Below, piece by piece: positions 24,722 through 36,681 of a stretch of DNA of 64,000 nucleotides. Within the stretch, counting starts at the first letter, position 1; each line of letters starts with the position of its first letter. Location: NCBI RefSeq assembly GCF_963921235.1, contig NC_086121.1, positions 17,546,001 to 17,610,000 on the forward strand. The letters are read 5' to 3'. Position numbers and translations under genes: made by a program. The notes under the pieces were generated by a model. It saw only the letters and a list, made by a program, of their open reading frames with translations. It was not told where the DNA came from and searched no databases. The DNA is from Mobula hypostoma (Eukaryota).

Positions 24722-26462
24722 AAAATATTATGACAACTGGTGAGATATGTAATGTCAAGGATTACTTGAAAAGCCAAAACTAAAGGAAAAGAAATTTAGT
24801 GACTAATCATTTTGCTCCTCACTTTATAACATTAGTGTTTCAACAGGTCTCATCTGTTAGGAATCTGCATCATCGTTCAAAGCAACTCATGCCAAATTTG
24901 AGTGATATTACAACATTAAGATTAGGTAGCAGAAAAAAAAATAGTCCTTTATGATAACTGGTCAAGCTGGATTATGATATCCTCCAATATTAACAGTGCC
25001 TTGGTCCACACATGGAGAATCATGGCTTTGGAGAAAACCTGAGACCTGCTTAAAACCAGTTTGAAGTCTATAGACAGAAGATTCATCAATGGAAATAGCA
25101 TACAGTAGGACAAATCCAGAACCCTCCAAGAACCATGACCAGTAATTATCCATCGACTTCTGTGTGTTGGGGTCACTTGTGTAATTGGGAGTATTTTCCC
25201 CCAATGTTAAGCATTCTAACATGGTAGTAGCTGTCATGTGACCATTCACTTTCTCCACTTGTTGGTTGATGAAATATCAAAAGCAGAGTCTCAAACTCCT
25301 TAATGAGAAAGAAGGTACTGGTGATATTGAAACAGCCCCTTGCCATTCCAAATGACAGTGGTTTTGGGCTTGAAGGATGCTGCCAATGAATTTTTACTGA
25401 ACTGGTACAACACATCATATAGGTGGTGTGCACTACAGATGATGAAAGGAAATTATACACAAGGTAATGGATATGCTGCCAGTCAAGTGTCCTAGATGCC
25501 ATTAGGCTGTTGTTGGAGCTTTTTATTTGGGAAAGAGGAGATGATCCATCACACCTCTGACATGCTTTGTTGATGGGGTAAAGGTTCTGAGGATTAACAA
25601 GGTAAATCAACGCCCCCAGGATAACAAGCCCTTGTCCTCGTATTATCATTCAGCTTGTCGTACTATGTTTCTCATTAACCTACAGGGGAGCATCAAAAAA
25701 CTTTCAGAATGAGCAATTGGCAAATGAAGATTCAACATAAATGTGGAATAGGGCAATATTGGCTTGAAGGATAGCAAGGCCACTTATTTCATTTAAAGTA
25801 CAAGGAACGTGTACCCATCACTAAATTTTAGCATTAAAGATTAACAAAAAGGCAGACACTAAAGGTTATCACTACTGGCATATAATTGAAAATCAGCAAA
25901 GTTATATTATATTGAACATCAGTTTTACTATACTGAGATTACTGTATATCATTCAGGTCACTGATATGGATTTAGAAGCACTGATTTTTTAGCCCATTCT
26001 TGGTTTAGGTGTTAGGCCACAGATGATAGCTGAAGAACTGAAACATCCCATGGCTGTGAGGGAGTTGCTGCATCTTCTGTGCTTCCTCTGGCTCCGCCTT
26101 CAGGTGCCTGTTTGATCTGTCTTATCCCCCAAAACAAAAGTTAAGTGTCTTGTCCAGAGCGGCTTACATTTACTGTGAATTAGGTCCTTGATTCTCATCA
26201 ATCCAGTCCTGGTTCTTTCTGTTAGCGAAGCCAAGAGTTTCTTCACATTGGTCGATTATGGTGCACAGGGTAGTCCATAAGCTCCGGTCAGTTGGTGGGT
26301 CCAGCGATCTGGGAGTTGATAGGTTGTTTATGAGGAGCTGTGTGAGAAGAGCCAGTTCTGTAGGGAACTTGAGAGCATTGAAAATGAACTTCTTGTGGCA
26401 ATACTCCTACTGACACTGATATTTTGAGGGCAAAGTTTTGGAGAAAGTGCAGATTAGATGAT

Positions 26463-27015
26463 AAACACGAGAAAGTTTGCAGATGCTGGAAATCCAAAGC
26501 AACACACACAAAGTGATGGAGGAACTCAGCAGGTCAGGCAGCATCTATGGAAATGAATAAACAGTCAGTGTTTCAAGCCAAGACCTTTCTTCAGGACTGA
26601 AAAGGAATGAGGAAAGAAGGTGTTGGAGCAACACTTTATATTCCATCTAGGTAGCCTTCGACCAGATGGCATGAATTTTGATTTCTCCTTCTGGTAAAAA
26701 AAAATCCCTTTCCCCTCCCCTCTTCTTCTATCCCCACTCTGGCCTACCTCTCTCACCTACTCCTGGGTCCCTTTCTCCTTTGGTCTATTCTCCTCTCCTA
26801 CCAGATCCCTTCTTCTACAGCTCTATCTTTCCAACCTGGCTTCACACCTTCATCTTCTAGCCAGCCTCCTTCCTTTCCTCCCACCTTTTTATACTGGTGT
26901 CTTTCTCCTTTTCAGTTCTGAAGAAGGATCTCAGCCCAAAACATCAACTGTTTATTCATTTCCATAGATGCTGCCTGACTTGCTGAATTCCTCCAGCATT
27001 TTGTGTGTTTTGCTT
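26463..27015. mobile_element. Inverted Penelope-derived element with GIY-YIG C-terminal remnant and 13-bp TSD
   Basis: Minus arm 26463-26620, plus arm 26621-27015; TSD CAGATTAGATGAT (26450-26462) / CAGATTAGGTGAT (27016-27028); degenerate hammerheads at 26562-26599 (-) and 26913-26950 (+). Confidence 0.85.
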
Positions 27016-29039
27016 CAGATTAGGTGATGGTCAGTCAAAAGTCATTGGTATCTATGGTGTGCAGATCCAAAGTTATCTTTGCTGTTTCTCACTTAGGCAA
27101 TGAATAATTCTGCAGGTTCCAGTTGGATCAGATATTCTGCTTGTCCCTCTGATGAAACATGAAGTTAATTATGACAAGGCTGTGCTCCAAGCACCCTACT
27201 GGAATTAGTCTTCCCTATTCCTTGCTTGCTCATCATACCTTGACAATGGGGTACATCCTTTTCCATGCTGCCACTGAAGTCCCTCAGGAAGATCAATTTG
27301 TTTCCCTTTGGGATGCAGATCAGATGTTTTTCTTTTTGAAAATGGAAACATTAATCCCCAATTCATTTGAAGTTTCAAGGGTTGGTCCTTTGATGGGGTT
27401 GAGCCCAAAGTTCTTAAGACTCTCAATAATTCTGCAAAGTGAGTTGCTGAAATGGTGGCTGGGATCATTCTAGATGGCAAAGCCCACCTCATGAACGTGG
27501 TGCTTATTTTACAGGTTTGTCCCTCAACTCATACCTTGTTCTTTACTGGATCAAGATCTTGCTTTATGAAGTCCTCATGAAAGCTGATTTAAAAAGTACA
27601 CAGAGACAACTTTTACACCACAAAAAGAAGTTCAGGATCTGTAATGTTACGATCTTCATACACAATCCCAAAAGTTTTGATTCTGAACACTTCTCCACCA
27701 TATAGCTCATAAATTCAGAAGCTTTAACATCAGCTTTACTGTCCTACATGAGCTAATCCTAGTTTCAGTGGAATAGGGACATTAAACAATAATCAGCATG
27801 ATTCGTGCTTCTAACTCTTGGAACGAGAAGAAATTTTAAATGTATTTTTAATCACTTTTCATGATCTAAACCTGTCTTCCTGTCCAGTTAGATACAGTGC
27901 AAGAAAGACCTGCATTTTCATAAAACCTTACATGACCTTCCAAAGCACTTAACAATTGGTAAAATACTTCTGTAGTCATTGCAGTTAGCTCAAAAATTAT
28001 CTCAGAGCAGTGCATAAAGGAAAAGGAAATTCTTCAACCCAACATTCCCATTTCAGTCAACGATTAAAAAAGCACATTGGCCTCAATCTTCTTTTGCGGG
28101 ATCTTAGTATGAAAATTATTTGCGGTGCTTGCTTTTATTCCTAGATTGTCTTCACTTCAAAATAATTAAATGACTGCAGCATTCCTTCCTTTTTTGAACA
28201 ATCTGTTTGAAATTTTCTACTTCCAATCCATCCTATGTATTTAAAGCAGGTGTTTACTATTCTTTGCTATCTTTCCAGTGCCAGCACATCTGCTGGGCAT
28301 TTTGTACTTTCACTTCATATTTAAACTCTATTGTACATTTGGCATAGTGTCGGTTTGAGTAACACTCAAATTCCCTGCTCTGATTTAGACCAAAATAAGA
28401 TATCAGATTCAGTGACACACAATGGGCTCCCTACAAGAAAATGATATTAAACAGGAATTTGGCACCATTCAATGTATAGTTTACATTTGCAACAAGATCA
28501 ATCTCCAGTACAGTTAAAGCCCAAGCCATGTTTAATCCTCAAACGTTCATAAGTCTTTGATCTGTGTTTAAGAATGTTTTCATTAACGGAAAAAGATACA
28601 CTTAGATTTGGATGTACGTGTTCCACATTCACTGAATAGAAACAGCAGTGACTTAAGCTTTAATGACATCAGTAAATAAATCACAGATCCGTGCACCATC
28701 AAATAGGCAATAATTTCATGCCAACTCTCCATGACAATTGTTCCCTTACTTCTTCCCCTCCAAATATTCCAGCTGTTGGAAAGTGGATATCCACAAAGAT
28801 GAATACGCTCTGTAGTTATCCAGTCTGTCTGCACATTGTCCAGGGTAAATCGTAGCGTAACTTGGCTTTTCTCTTTCCTGATTGCCACCCATGCTGTTTT
28901 AATCATCATCCGGTGAAGAAATGGTATTGCCAGTTGATTTTTTTTTTTTGCAAGTTCAGTGAAGACCATCTTTTTGCAAACCCAACTGTAGACACAACCA
29001 AGATCAGCAAACTGGGGATAGTTTACAGTTATAACTACA

Positions 29040-29300
29040 CACTGTACTACACTACGTACATACTTGGGAGAAAGTGCAGAGGAGATTTACTAAAATGCAA
29101 TGAGAAATGAGGGACTTCAGATTTGCTGAGGTAATAGAAAAACTGGGATTATTCTTCTTCATACAAAGGTGATTGAGGGATGATTTAATTAAGCCTAAAA
29201 TTAAAAACAGTTCAATTGAATAAATAACAAGAAACAGTTTCCAATGGTCAGAGGGTCGAACCACTGGGGACAGAGTTAAAATAATTAGATGTCCAAAATG
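29040..29300 (+). mobile_element. Old CR1 3' fragment
   Basis: agaaagtgcagaggagatttac...gaggggatgatttaatt resembles the CR1 ORF2 C-terminus (KVQRRFT...LRGDLI). Confidence 0.6.
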
Positions 29301-31250
29301 ATTTACTTTAAAGGATGTAGATTCATTAGTAATCTTCAAACAGAAAATCCAGCCTCCTAACTATCACTATTATAGCTGTTTTCGGTGCCCCAGACATGTC
29401 AGGCAAAACATTGGCAGGTGTCAAGGTGGAGAAGGGTCCACTGGTGGATAGATGTGGTGGAAATGGGGTACTGACAAAGGTGGGTGCATTACGATGAAAC
29501 TTCTAGATCAATAGTCAATAACAGCCTATTCTCATTTTCCCCCAGTGTACATTCCTATGGAAGACAGATACAACTAAAAACTGAAACCACAACCAAATAA
29601 TTCAGTTATAGCATGAATCTCAAATTCACATTCTAATTGATCAGTTTATCTCCTTGACTAATGTTCTCTCTCCACCTCTCCCAATGACGACAATTTGAGT
29701 TGGGAATGACCAGCCCCAACAATGAAATGCTTACATCTGCTCATTCACAGCAAGCACAGACTCATTGTTCATAAGAGTTTCTAGAAATTAATACAGAGCA
29801 GGAATTTCACTTCTCCTTAATCATGATGGTTTACTGTGACCTCATGTAGCTCCAATTGCTGTCTAAGGCTGAGATTAACGAAGCGTAGATTGGGAAATGA
29901 GAGTCTACCAAGACGGAAGCCATATGAACTCTATACAGGCTGTCCCTGGGGAACAAATGAGTTCCCTTTTCACAGATGTCTGTAAATTGATTCTGTCCCC
30001 AAGTTGGAAGATTCACAAAAATTACTTGATATGGTAACCATACCTCCACACACTGCAATGAATGGCATCAAAATCATATAAAACTGACAAGAAAGAACAA
30101 TGATTAAAAGTCAAAAGTAAATTAGTTCTACTTTTTATGGGAATGAATGGATACAAGTATGTCAGACTTTTGAATTTAATATCAAAGTAGCTCTTTTGTA
30201 TGTTGGTGCGTCCATAAATTGGGCATTTATAACTCGGGGTCAACCTGCATATATTCCCCGAAGCAAATGTCTTTTTTTAAAAAGGGGTTGATTTTTGATG
30301 TTCAAATGAGAGATACTTTATAAAAAGGCTTTTCATTTTGTACATCCATTGTAGGCATCAAATGCTCCAGGGTTTCAGTACATCATAAATTCAATGAAGA
30401 TTAAAATTCTCCATGCACTGCCTCAAACATGCTGGTTTTACACTATGGACAGTTTTGTACCCTGTTCAGTAAAAGTGTCAACTTGGTGTCAGCTCAGGTT
30501 GTTGGGAGCAGTTTTGTAAATTCCTCCTTGAGAGGGGCAGCAAGGATTTTACAGTCTGTAGACTGAGGGAGCTGCTATCGAGTTAGCTGTGTGATGTGCA
30601 AGGCTTGACCCAAACTGCATCAAAATTATGTTGCAACACAGCAGATAACCACCAATGATACAATTAGGTCAACAGTACTGCCCAGAATTCATGACCTGAC
30701 AACAAGTCTATGCTTCCCCACTGCTTACATTTGATTATCTGAGGGATTGCTGTGATACATAAATAGCCTAAGGGCTCAGAGAAGGCCTTGAGCACAAACT
30801 GAAAAATAAACTAAGGAGTTCACAGTTTGCAATCAAGGCATCTTATAACTAAGACAGTAAAACTAACTCAGGCATGAAAGGATAGGACAGGTTGCAAGTC
30901 ACATTGCATTCTAAACAGTCAGACTTTTAATCCTAAACTGGCTACCAACAGAGCACAATTCTGACAAGTTCAGTCTCTGACAACCCAATTGCCAGAATTC
31001 TTTATGACTCAGCTTCAGAGATATCTCGATGGACTAATAAAACAGCATGACATGTTTCAACCATGCTGTATTGTGGCCAGCTCAATCTCCTGCACAAATA
31101 TAATTTCCAGATTATCATAAGTCTATCCTTCTCCTTTTAAATTGTTCCAGCATCACTTAATGCAATTCGTTTGCACCAGCAAGTTTCGCCTCACAGAGAT
31201 TGTGAGAACTCCCCACTCACTCCAGTCTTTGCTCTCCGCACACATGTGGT

Positions 31251-31571
31251 TTAATTTATACAGTCCTGCAGGTGAGCTATGTCTGTGAGGGTCACCTCGC
31301 TGGGTGTCGACAGGCTCTTCGCTCTCAGGGTCTCCAGTTCATCCTTGACTGCTTGCCACTTTTTCACCATCCTCCTCATCTCCTCCTGCTTCACCTTCAG
31401 CCGTTTCCGCAGCTTCTCATTCTTTTCCAGGGCAGCGAACAGTCTCCTCTTCATCATGCTGAGATTGGTGGCAGCGTAAGTATGATCTGCACTGCCTTTG
31501 GTGGAACCATCTTCAGCAGCAGGTGCCAGAGGCAGTTTCTCCTCTTCTCCACCCAGCACCAGCTCAGGCAC
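31251..31571 (-). CDS. THAP3: THAP3 terminal exon (HCF-1-binding DHxY motif and coiled coil)
   Basis: tgttttcag|GTG CCT...; contains SADHTYA and MMKRRLFAALEKNEKLRKRLK (human SDHSYA...LKENEKLRKRL); stop at 31251-31253; total CDS 768 nt = 255 aa. Confidence 0.92.
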   Translation of the reverse strand: MPELVLGGEEEKLPLAPAAEDGSTKGSADHTYAATNLSMMKRRLFAALEKNEKLRKRLKVKQEEMRRMVKKWQAVKDELETLRAKSLSTPSEVTLTDIAHLQDCIN

Positions 31572-31929
31572 CTGAAAACAGGAAGCCATAGTGACTCGAC
31601 AGTGATGCAGTCAACAGGACAAGCACAGGTCAAAGGGAGAGATCGTATCACCTTACTTGTGTAATAAAACTCTTCTGCAAACACAAATGACCAAGGCAAA
31701 CACATCCACGACCATCTACTCACCTGCAGACAGATGAAATGTACATGTGCGTATACTTCATATAACATGAGATACCTCCTCCACCAAACAGGACCCTCTC
31801 TAGGATTCAGATTTTATGAACATACCTAACTCTCTGTTTTCCTTAGAAGCTTAACACTCATCAGCTTTATAATTATGCTTACTGTTTCAACATACCATCT
31901 CTATCACTTTGAATAAGTACATTTAAAAT

Positions 31930-32285
31930 AGTTATAGAGCACAACAAGCCCTTCTGCCCATCTAGTCAATGCCAAAATGTTATTGTGCCTCGTCCCTTCA
32001 ACCCAACTTGGGCCATAGCCCTCGCATTCATGTACTTATTCAAACTTCTTTCAAATGTTGAAATCAAACCCACATCCGTCAGTCCCTCATCCCACACTCA
32101 CATTACCCTCTGAGTGAAGAAGATCCCCCCTCAAGTTCCCTTAAATATTTCACCTTTCACCCTTAACCTACGACTTCTATTTCTAGATTCACCCAATCTC
32201 AGTGGAAAAAGCCTGCATTAACGCTATCCATACCCCTCATAATTTTGTACATCTCTATCAAATCTTCCCTTATTTCCCTATGCTA
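31930..32285 (-). mobile_element. CR1 3' fragment in THAP3 intron 4
   Basis: Reverse-complement similarity to 24100-24450 (cctttcacccttaacct, atacccctcataattttgtacatctctatcaaatc). Confidence 0.75.
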
Positions 32286-32432
32286 GGGAGATTAGCAATT
32301 GCTTACAACCAGCAGGGTGTGTTGATTAACCATTTAGTATTTGTATCAGCACCAATTTCAAAGTTTTCTGGACTGCTGTTTTATAGGCCTATTGACTTCG
32401 GCGAGAACTGTTGCTCTTGAGCAACACACAAC

Positions 32433-32531
32433 CTGCTGCAAGAACGCAACAGATCGAGGAGCATCACTGAGAGGAAAGAAATTGCTGGTGTTTTGGGGCC
32501 CACCCAAACCTTGTTGTTCTTGCTCACCAGT
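32433..32531 (-). CDS. THAP3: THAP3 probable coding exon 4 (linker)
   Basis: gtgcag|ACT GGT...CAG CAG|gttgtg; TGEQEQQGLGGPQNTSNFFPLSDAPRSVAFLQQ; 99 nt, phase 0-0; acceptor choice uncertain. Confidence 0.55.
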
Positions 32532-32833
32532 CTGCACTTGGTTCAAAAGAACTTGAATACAACAAATATAAACCAGCAAATGCCTATCTTCATACGAGAG
32601 GGTGTAATGTTTCACTCAAAAATAAAATGGCACTGCCGACAGAACAGTACCCCCTGCCGTGCTGCATTAGAAGGTCAGCCTGAACAGCAGCGTCCTTTGA
32701 TTCAAATGGGAGGGATATGCACTACAGGTAAATTCTAATGTTCCCCATTGAAGCGAACATTCTGCTCCCACACCCCCACCCAAATTCTGAAGCAGTCAAG
32801 ATTTCACGAGTTCTGACTTGTCCAAATACCCAC

Positions 32834-32914
32834 CATTTCAGGCTTCTCTTCAGCCATGTCAGTCTTTGTTACTTCACCGATAACTTTCAGCTTTTTCCTT
32901 GCACGATGTCTCTG
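32834..32914 (-). CDS. THAP3: THAP3 probable coding exon 3 (linker)
   Basis: tgtttccccCAG|CAG AGA...ATG|gtgggt; QRHRARKKLKVIGEVTKTDMAEEKPEM; 81 nt, phase 0-0; poorly conserved region, called from splice signals and frame. Confidence 0.7.
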
Positions 32915-33196
32915 CTGGGGGAAACAAGCAAGGTCAAACAATGGACTATCACTTTAGAATGGGGGAAGAAAGGATAAAGATTCTCAAACTGATTCACAAT
33001 TGTAAATAAAATTTTGGAACAAGCCAGAGACATGAGGGGCAAGTTGCAAGTCAGATCTTAAATAGTATCCGGAAGGAGGAGAGGGTTGAGGGAGAAATTC
33101 CGTAGGTTAGCTGATACACAACAAGGCATGGCTGCAATTTTTGAAGCAGTTAAAATTCAGGATGGCCAAGTGGACAGAATAGGACTAACACTGTAC

Positions 33197-33389
33197 CTTC
33201 ATGTTATCTGGGTAGTGGAAGACTGTGGGCACGGCATTATGCTTCAGATTTTTTCGGTTCCCCCAAGTGTTGAAACATTCTGGTTTGAAGTGGTCTGAGC
33301 AAATGACCGTGTGCTGGTTGGGTTTGAATTCAGCTCTTCCGACATTGTTCATCCACTCTATCAAAAGGTCCGGCTTGCTGAATGGAAAC
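33197..33389 (-). CDS. THAP3: THAP3 coding exon 2 (rest of THAP domain)
   Basis: ttcag|G TTT CCA...AAG|gtacag; FPFSKPDLLIEWMNNVGRAEFKPNQHTVICSDHFKPECFNTWGNRKNLKHNAVPTVFHYPDNMK; completes the C2CH ligands and the AVPTxF box; 193 nt. Confidence 0.95.
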
Positions 33390-33629
33390 CTGAATAATTA
33401 GGGAAGAGCACCTACAAATGAAACAGTTTGTCCTTTCAATGGTACATATTACCCTCCCGCTTATGCCATCTACATACATCTCAGTCTCTACAGGACACAG
33501 AAATAACACCCTCTACCTTCCGATACTTGGACCATTGTTACCCCCTCTCTTCCCACCACAAGCCCCGCCTAATCCTGTTTCCACCTTCCTCCCCATTCTA
33601 GGACACCAGTAAGCACAAATGCCCTATGT

Positions 33630-33980
33630 TACTTTGGGCGGTGGGGTGGAGATTCGTCTCTACAGAGGAGGTGTAAGACGCTCCTTCCCTCGGCTAGCCT
33701 GCAGGTCACCCTTGGGCAGGGTGTAGCACCTGCTTATCCCCTGAATCAGGGTCACGTGAAGCCATGGGAATAGATGGTGAATGGTCGTATGAGCAGCTGA
33801 CGCCAGGCAGACAATCCCTGAAGAGTATGGATGATGGCTGGGGTCATCTCTCTTGTAAAGACACTGCCGAGAAGAAGGCATTGGCAAACCTCTTCTGTAG
33901 AAAAATTTGCCAAGGACAATCGTAGTTGTGGAGGTCAGGATCACCTATGTCGTACAACATGGCAGATAATGATGATTATT
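33630..33980 (+). mobile_element. RTE-related short interspersed element in THAP3 intron 1
   Basis: gaagaaggcattggcaaacctcttctgta resembles the RTE-family motif; ends in a (gat)n-like tail. Confidence 0.45.
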
Positions 33981-33984
33981 TTAT

Positions 33985-34215
33985 TAAATTATTTTTTTCT
34001 TATTGAGATACAATGCAGAGTAGGCCGTTTGAGCCACGCCACTTAGCAACCCTGGATTTAACCCTAGCCTCATCACAGGACAATTAACTATGACCAATTA
34101 ACCTACTGACCGGTACGTCTTTGGACTGTGGGAGAAAACCAGAGCACCCGGAGGAAATCTACGTGGTCATGGGGAGAACGCTGCCTTACAGGCAGCAATG
34201 GGAATTGTTTATGCT
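33985..34215 (-). mobile_element. V-SINE
   Basis: ttggactgtgggagaaaaccagagcacccggaggaaa is the reverse-complement V-domain. Confidence 0.75.
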
Positions 34216-34624
34216 AACTCTTGGTAGCACTATGAAGGATGCTACTTTATACAGGTTACCTGTGACAGTGAATCTACTTGTCTCTGGTGTGCTATTATAA
34301 TTGTACAGCAATTTTACATTTTTAAATTATCACTACATTCACATAAAGAATATTCATTTTATGAATCCCTGACAGATTTACTTATGTGTCGGGTGAACTA
34401 CTGGTACCCAAAATGCTGTGGCAGTCGTACAGTATTTCTGCTTATTCGTTCATTGAAAGTGATTTCTCTGTACACATGCACACCGATTATGAATACGTTG
34501 GATCTCTGACAGATTTACCTGAGCTGTAGGTAGTTATAACAGCATATTGCAACATTATTTCTATCATCTAACACTGTAGGCTGATTAAAATGCTGCGACT
34601 CTGAGAAGCCTCCGCTTGTTTTAC

Positions 34625-34698
34625 CTGTGGAAGGTGAGCTCCTTGTTCTTGCTGCTGTACCTGTTGGTACAGTTGAAGGCAGCGCATGACTTGGGCAT
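34625..34698 (-). CDS. THAP3: THAP3 coding exon 1 (THAP zinc finger N-terminus)
   Basis: ATG at 34698; MPKSCAAFNCTNRYSSKNKELTFH(R)|gtaa; 74 nt; synteny between PHF13 and DNAJC11 as in human. Confidence 0.94.
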
Positions 34699-35230
34699 GT
34701 CCCAGCCGCGGCCCCGCTCTTGCCCCCCACAATAATGGCGGCCTGCCGGCAACACCCGCCTCGCCGCACCCCTCACCACAAAATGGCGCCACCGCTCGGC
34801 CGCTCACCGCTCATCAACCCGCAGGAAAACTGACAAGAAGGATAAATGTCAAATCGAGCCTTTCCGAACTTAATTTACTGGGGAGGACACAACTGCATGT
34901 CGAAGAGGTCCGAATCCCTTGCCTCAAAATCAGCTCGGATTTTTTTCGGTGAGGGTGGAATCCGCTCAATGACGTATTTTTTACGTTATGCGTGATGACG
35001 TTGAGACGGTCTTCAGGTAGAAGTGATTTGGATTTTGGCGCAAATTCTGTTGTGGTTTTGGATTATACAGTTTAAAAGTCTCTGAATTATCAGACGTGCC
35101 CAGAGGCTACCGCAGTGTGGAAGTAGACTTAAGGATCTCAAGTGTGTGTTGCGTTTATCAGTGACAGCACGGTTCCTGTGCCCGGTTTCCCTCAGGCAAT
35201 GCCTTCGCCGCGGCTGGGTTTCTGTATGCT
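34680..35230 (-). promoter_or_regulatory. CpG-rich THAP3 promoter / 5' region
   Basis: High CpG density; YY1-like AATGGCG near 34734 and 34782; TGACGT CRE/ATF half-sites at 34970 and 34996; E2F-like TTTGGCGC at 35034-35041. Confidence 0.7.
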
Positions 35231-35619
35231 GCCTTCCCTACTCAGTGTGGTATCCTCACACTAGGCAGATTTACTGAACTCTTCCTATTTGAAATGTGCG
35301 CTTCATTGCTACTGCCACGCTTCAACTTATTCTAATGAAGGAAAGTGAGAGCTCAAAGTGTAACATCTCTTCTTACAGCTGCGCTGTACAATGGTGAACG
35401 TTGAATTTAATCATTTTAGATGTAATCACGCCTGTTTTCTACAGGTTTTTTAAAATTGTTTCTCACTTGCCTGTAAATATTTTGAAATTCCACAAATTGC
35501 GATTCACTTGAACTGACAGTGCCGACTGCTTTCAGGAACTTCGATTTACCCAGGCCTCCACTGGTTTCTTTTTACTCTTTAAATTTATGGACACCTGATT
35601 AAGGAGCACAAGTACCCCA

Positions 35620-36080
35620 TTAAGACCCTCAAAACTGGTCTGTCATTTAATAAGATCACAGTTCACCTAACTAATCTCAACTCCACCAACCCAATAACCT
35701 ATCACTCTTGTTCATCAAACATCTATCCACCTTTGCCTTAAAATATTAAGACTTTTATTTTATCACACTTTGAGGAAGAGAGCAAACTCTGGAAAAAATT
35801 GACTCAAAACTCTTTAAGTGGATGATTTATTTTTAAAAAGTAATCCTTCATTCCAGATTCTCCAAGGAAAGGAAACCCTTCCCAAATCTGCTCTATCAAG
35901 ATCTTTCAATATCTTGTACATTTCAGTCAAGTCTTTTCCCACTTTCCTAAAATCCATTAGATACAATCGTATCCTGTGCAAATGTTCCTCACAAGACAAC
36001 CTGCCTGTGTCAGTTAATCGTCTAATCCCAGAACTGCTTTCAATACATTTTAAAAGTTTCTTCTTTAAATGTCTCCCAGA
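35620..36080 (-). mobile_element. Old CR1 3' fragment
   Basis: ORF ...GRLSCEEHLHRIRLYLMDFRKVGKDLTEMYKILKDLDR is a degenerate CR1 C-terminus. Confidence 0.7.
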
Positions 36081-36159
36081 ATTTAACACACCCTTCCTTC
36101 CTTCAACCAGTTTAAAAGCTTTCCTTTGCCATTTCAATTCTTTACATTTTGGATCTGTC

Positions 36160-36440
36160 TTTTTATTTATTTATTGATTGATTTGATTTGATTTAGATTT
36201 GCAGCATAGAACAGACCCTTCCCACCCAATGAGCTGCAGCACCACCAACCCACCTATTTAACACAAGCCTAATCACAGGACAATTTGCAATAACCGATTA
36301 CCCATCCTGTTGGTACATTTTTGGACAGTGGAAGGAAACTGGAGCACCTGGAGGAAACTCGCAGGGAGAGCATACAAACTCCTTACAGATGGCGCTGGAA
36401 TTGAACTCCAAACTCTGAACTGTAGTACCATGGCTCCTTA
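36160..36440 (-). mobile_element. V-SINE
   Basis: ttggacagtggaaggaaactggagcacctggaggaaac; ggaattgaactcc (reverse B-box). Confidence 0.75.
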
Positions 36441-36681
36441 AAAGCGTATTTAAAAATACACCTTTCACACTTTTTATCACATTAGTCCCGATGAATTAAA
36501 ACCAAAAATGCAGAAACATTCAGCAGGTAGAAGTATTAAAAGGTTGTGCAGCATCTTTGTAAAGATAAATAAAGGCAACTTTTCAAGTGCAGACTCTTCA
36601 TCAAAACTGGGAAAGTGAGAAAATGAATCTGTTTTCTGTTGCAGAGAGGGTGAGGGAACTATGGGTACGATAAAGGGAACA

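Noticed and set aside
25173-25649. 158-aa minus-strand ORF
   Set aside because: Overlaps a degenerate LINE fragment related to 6750-7560; not a host gene
28583-28969. 128-aa minus-strand ORF downstream of THAP3
   Set aside because: No recognisable motif, non-ATG start and no supported splice link; probably chance
33197-34698. THAP domain as part of a P-element-like transposon
   Set aside because: No transposase catalytic domain or TIRs; exon structure, DHxY motif, coiled coil and synteny identify host THAP3
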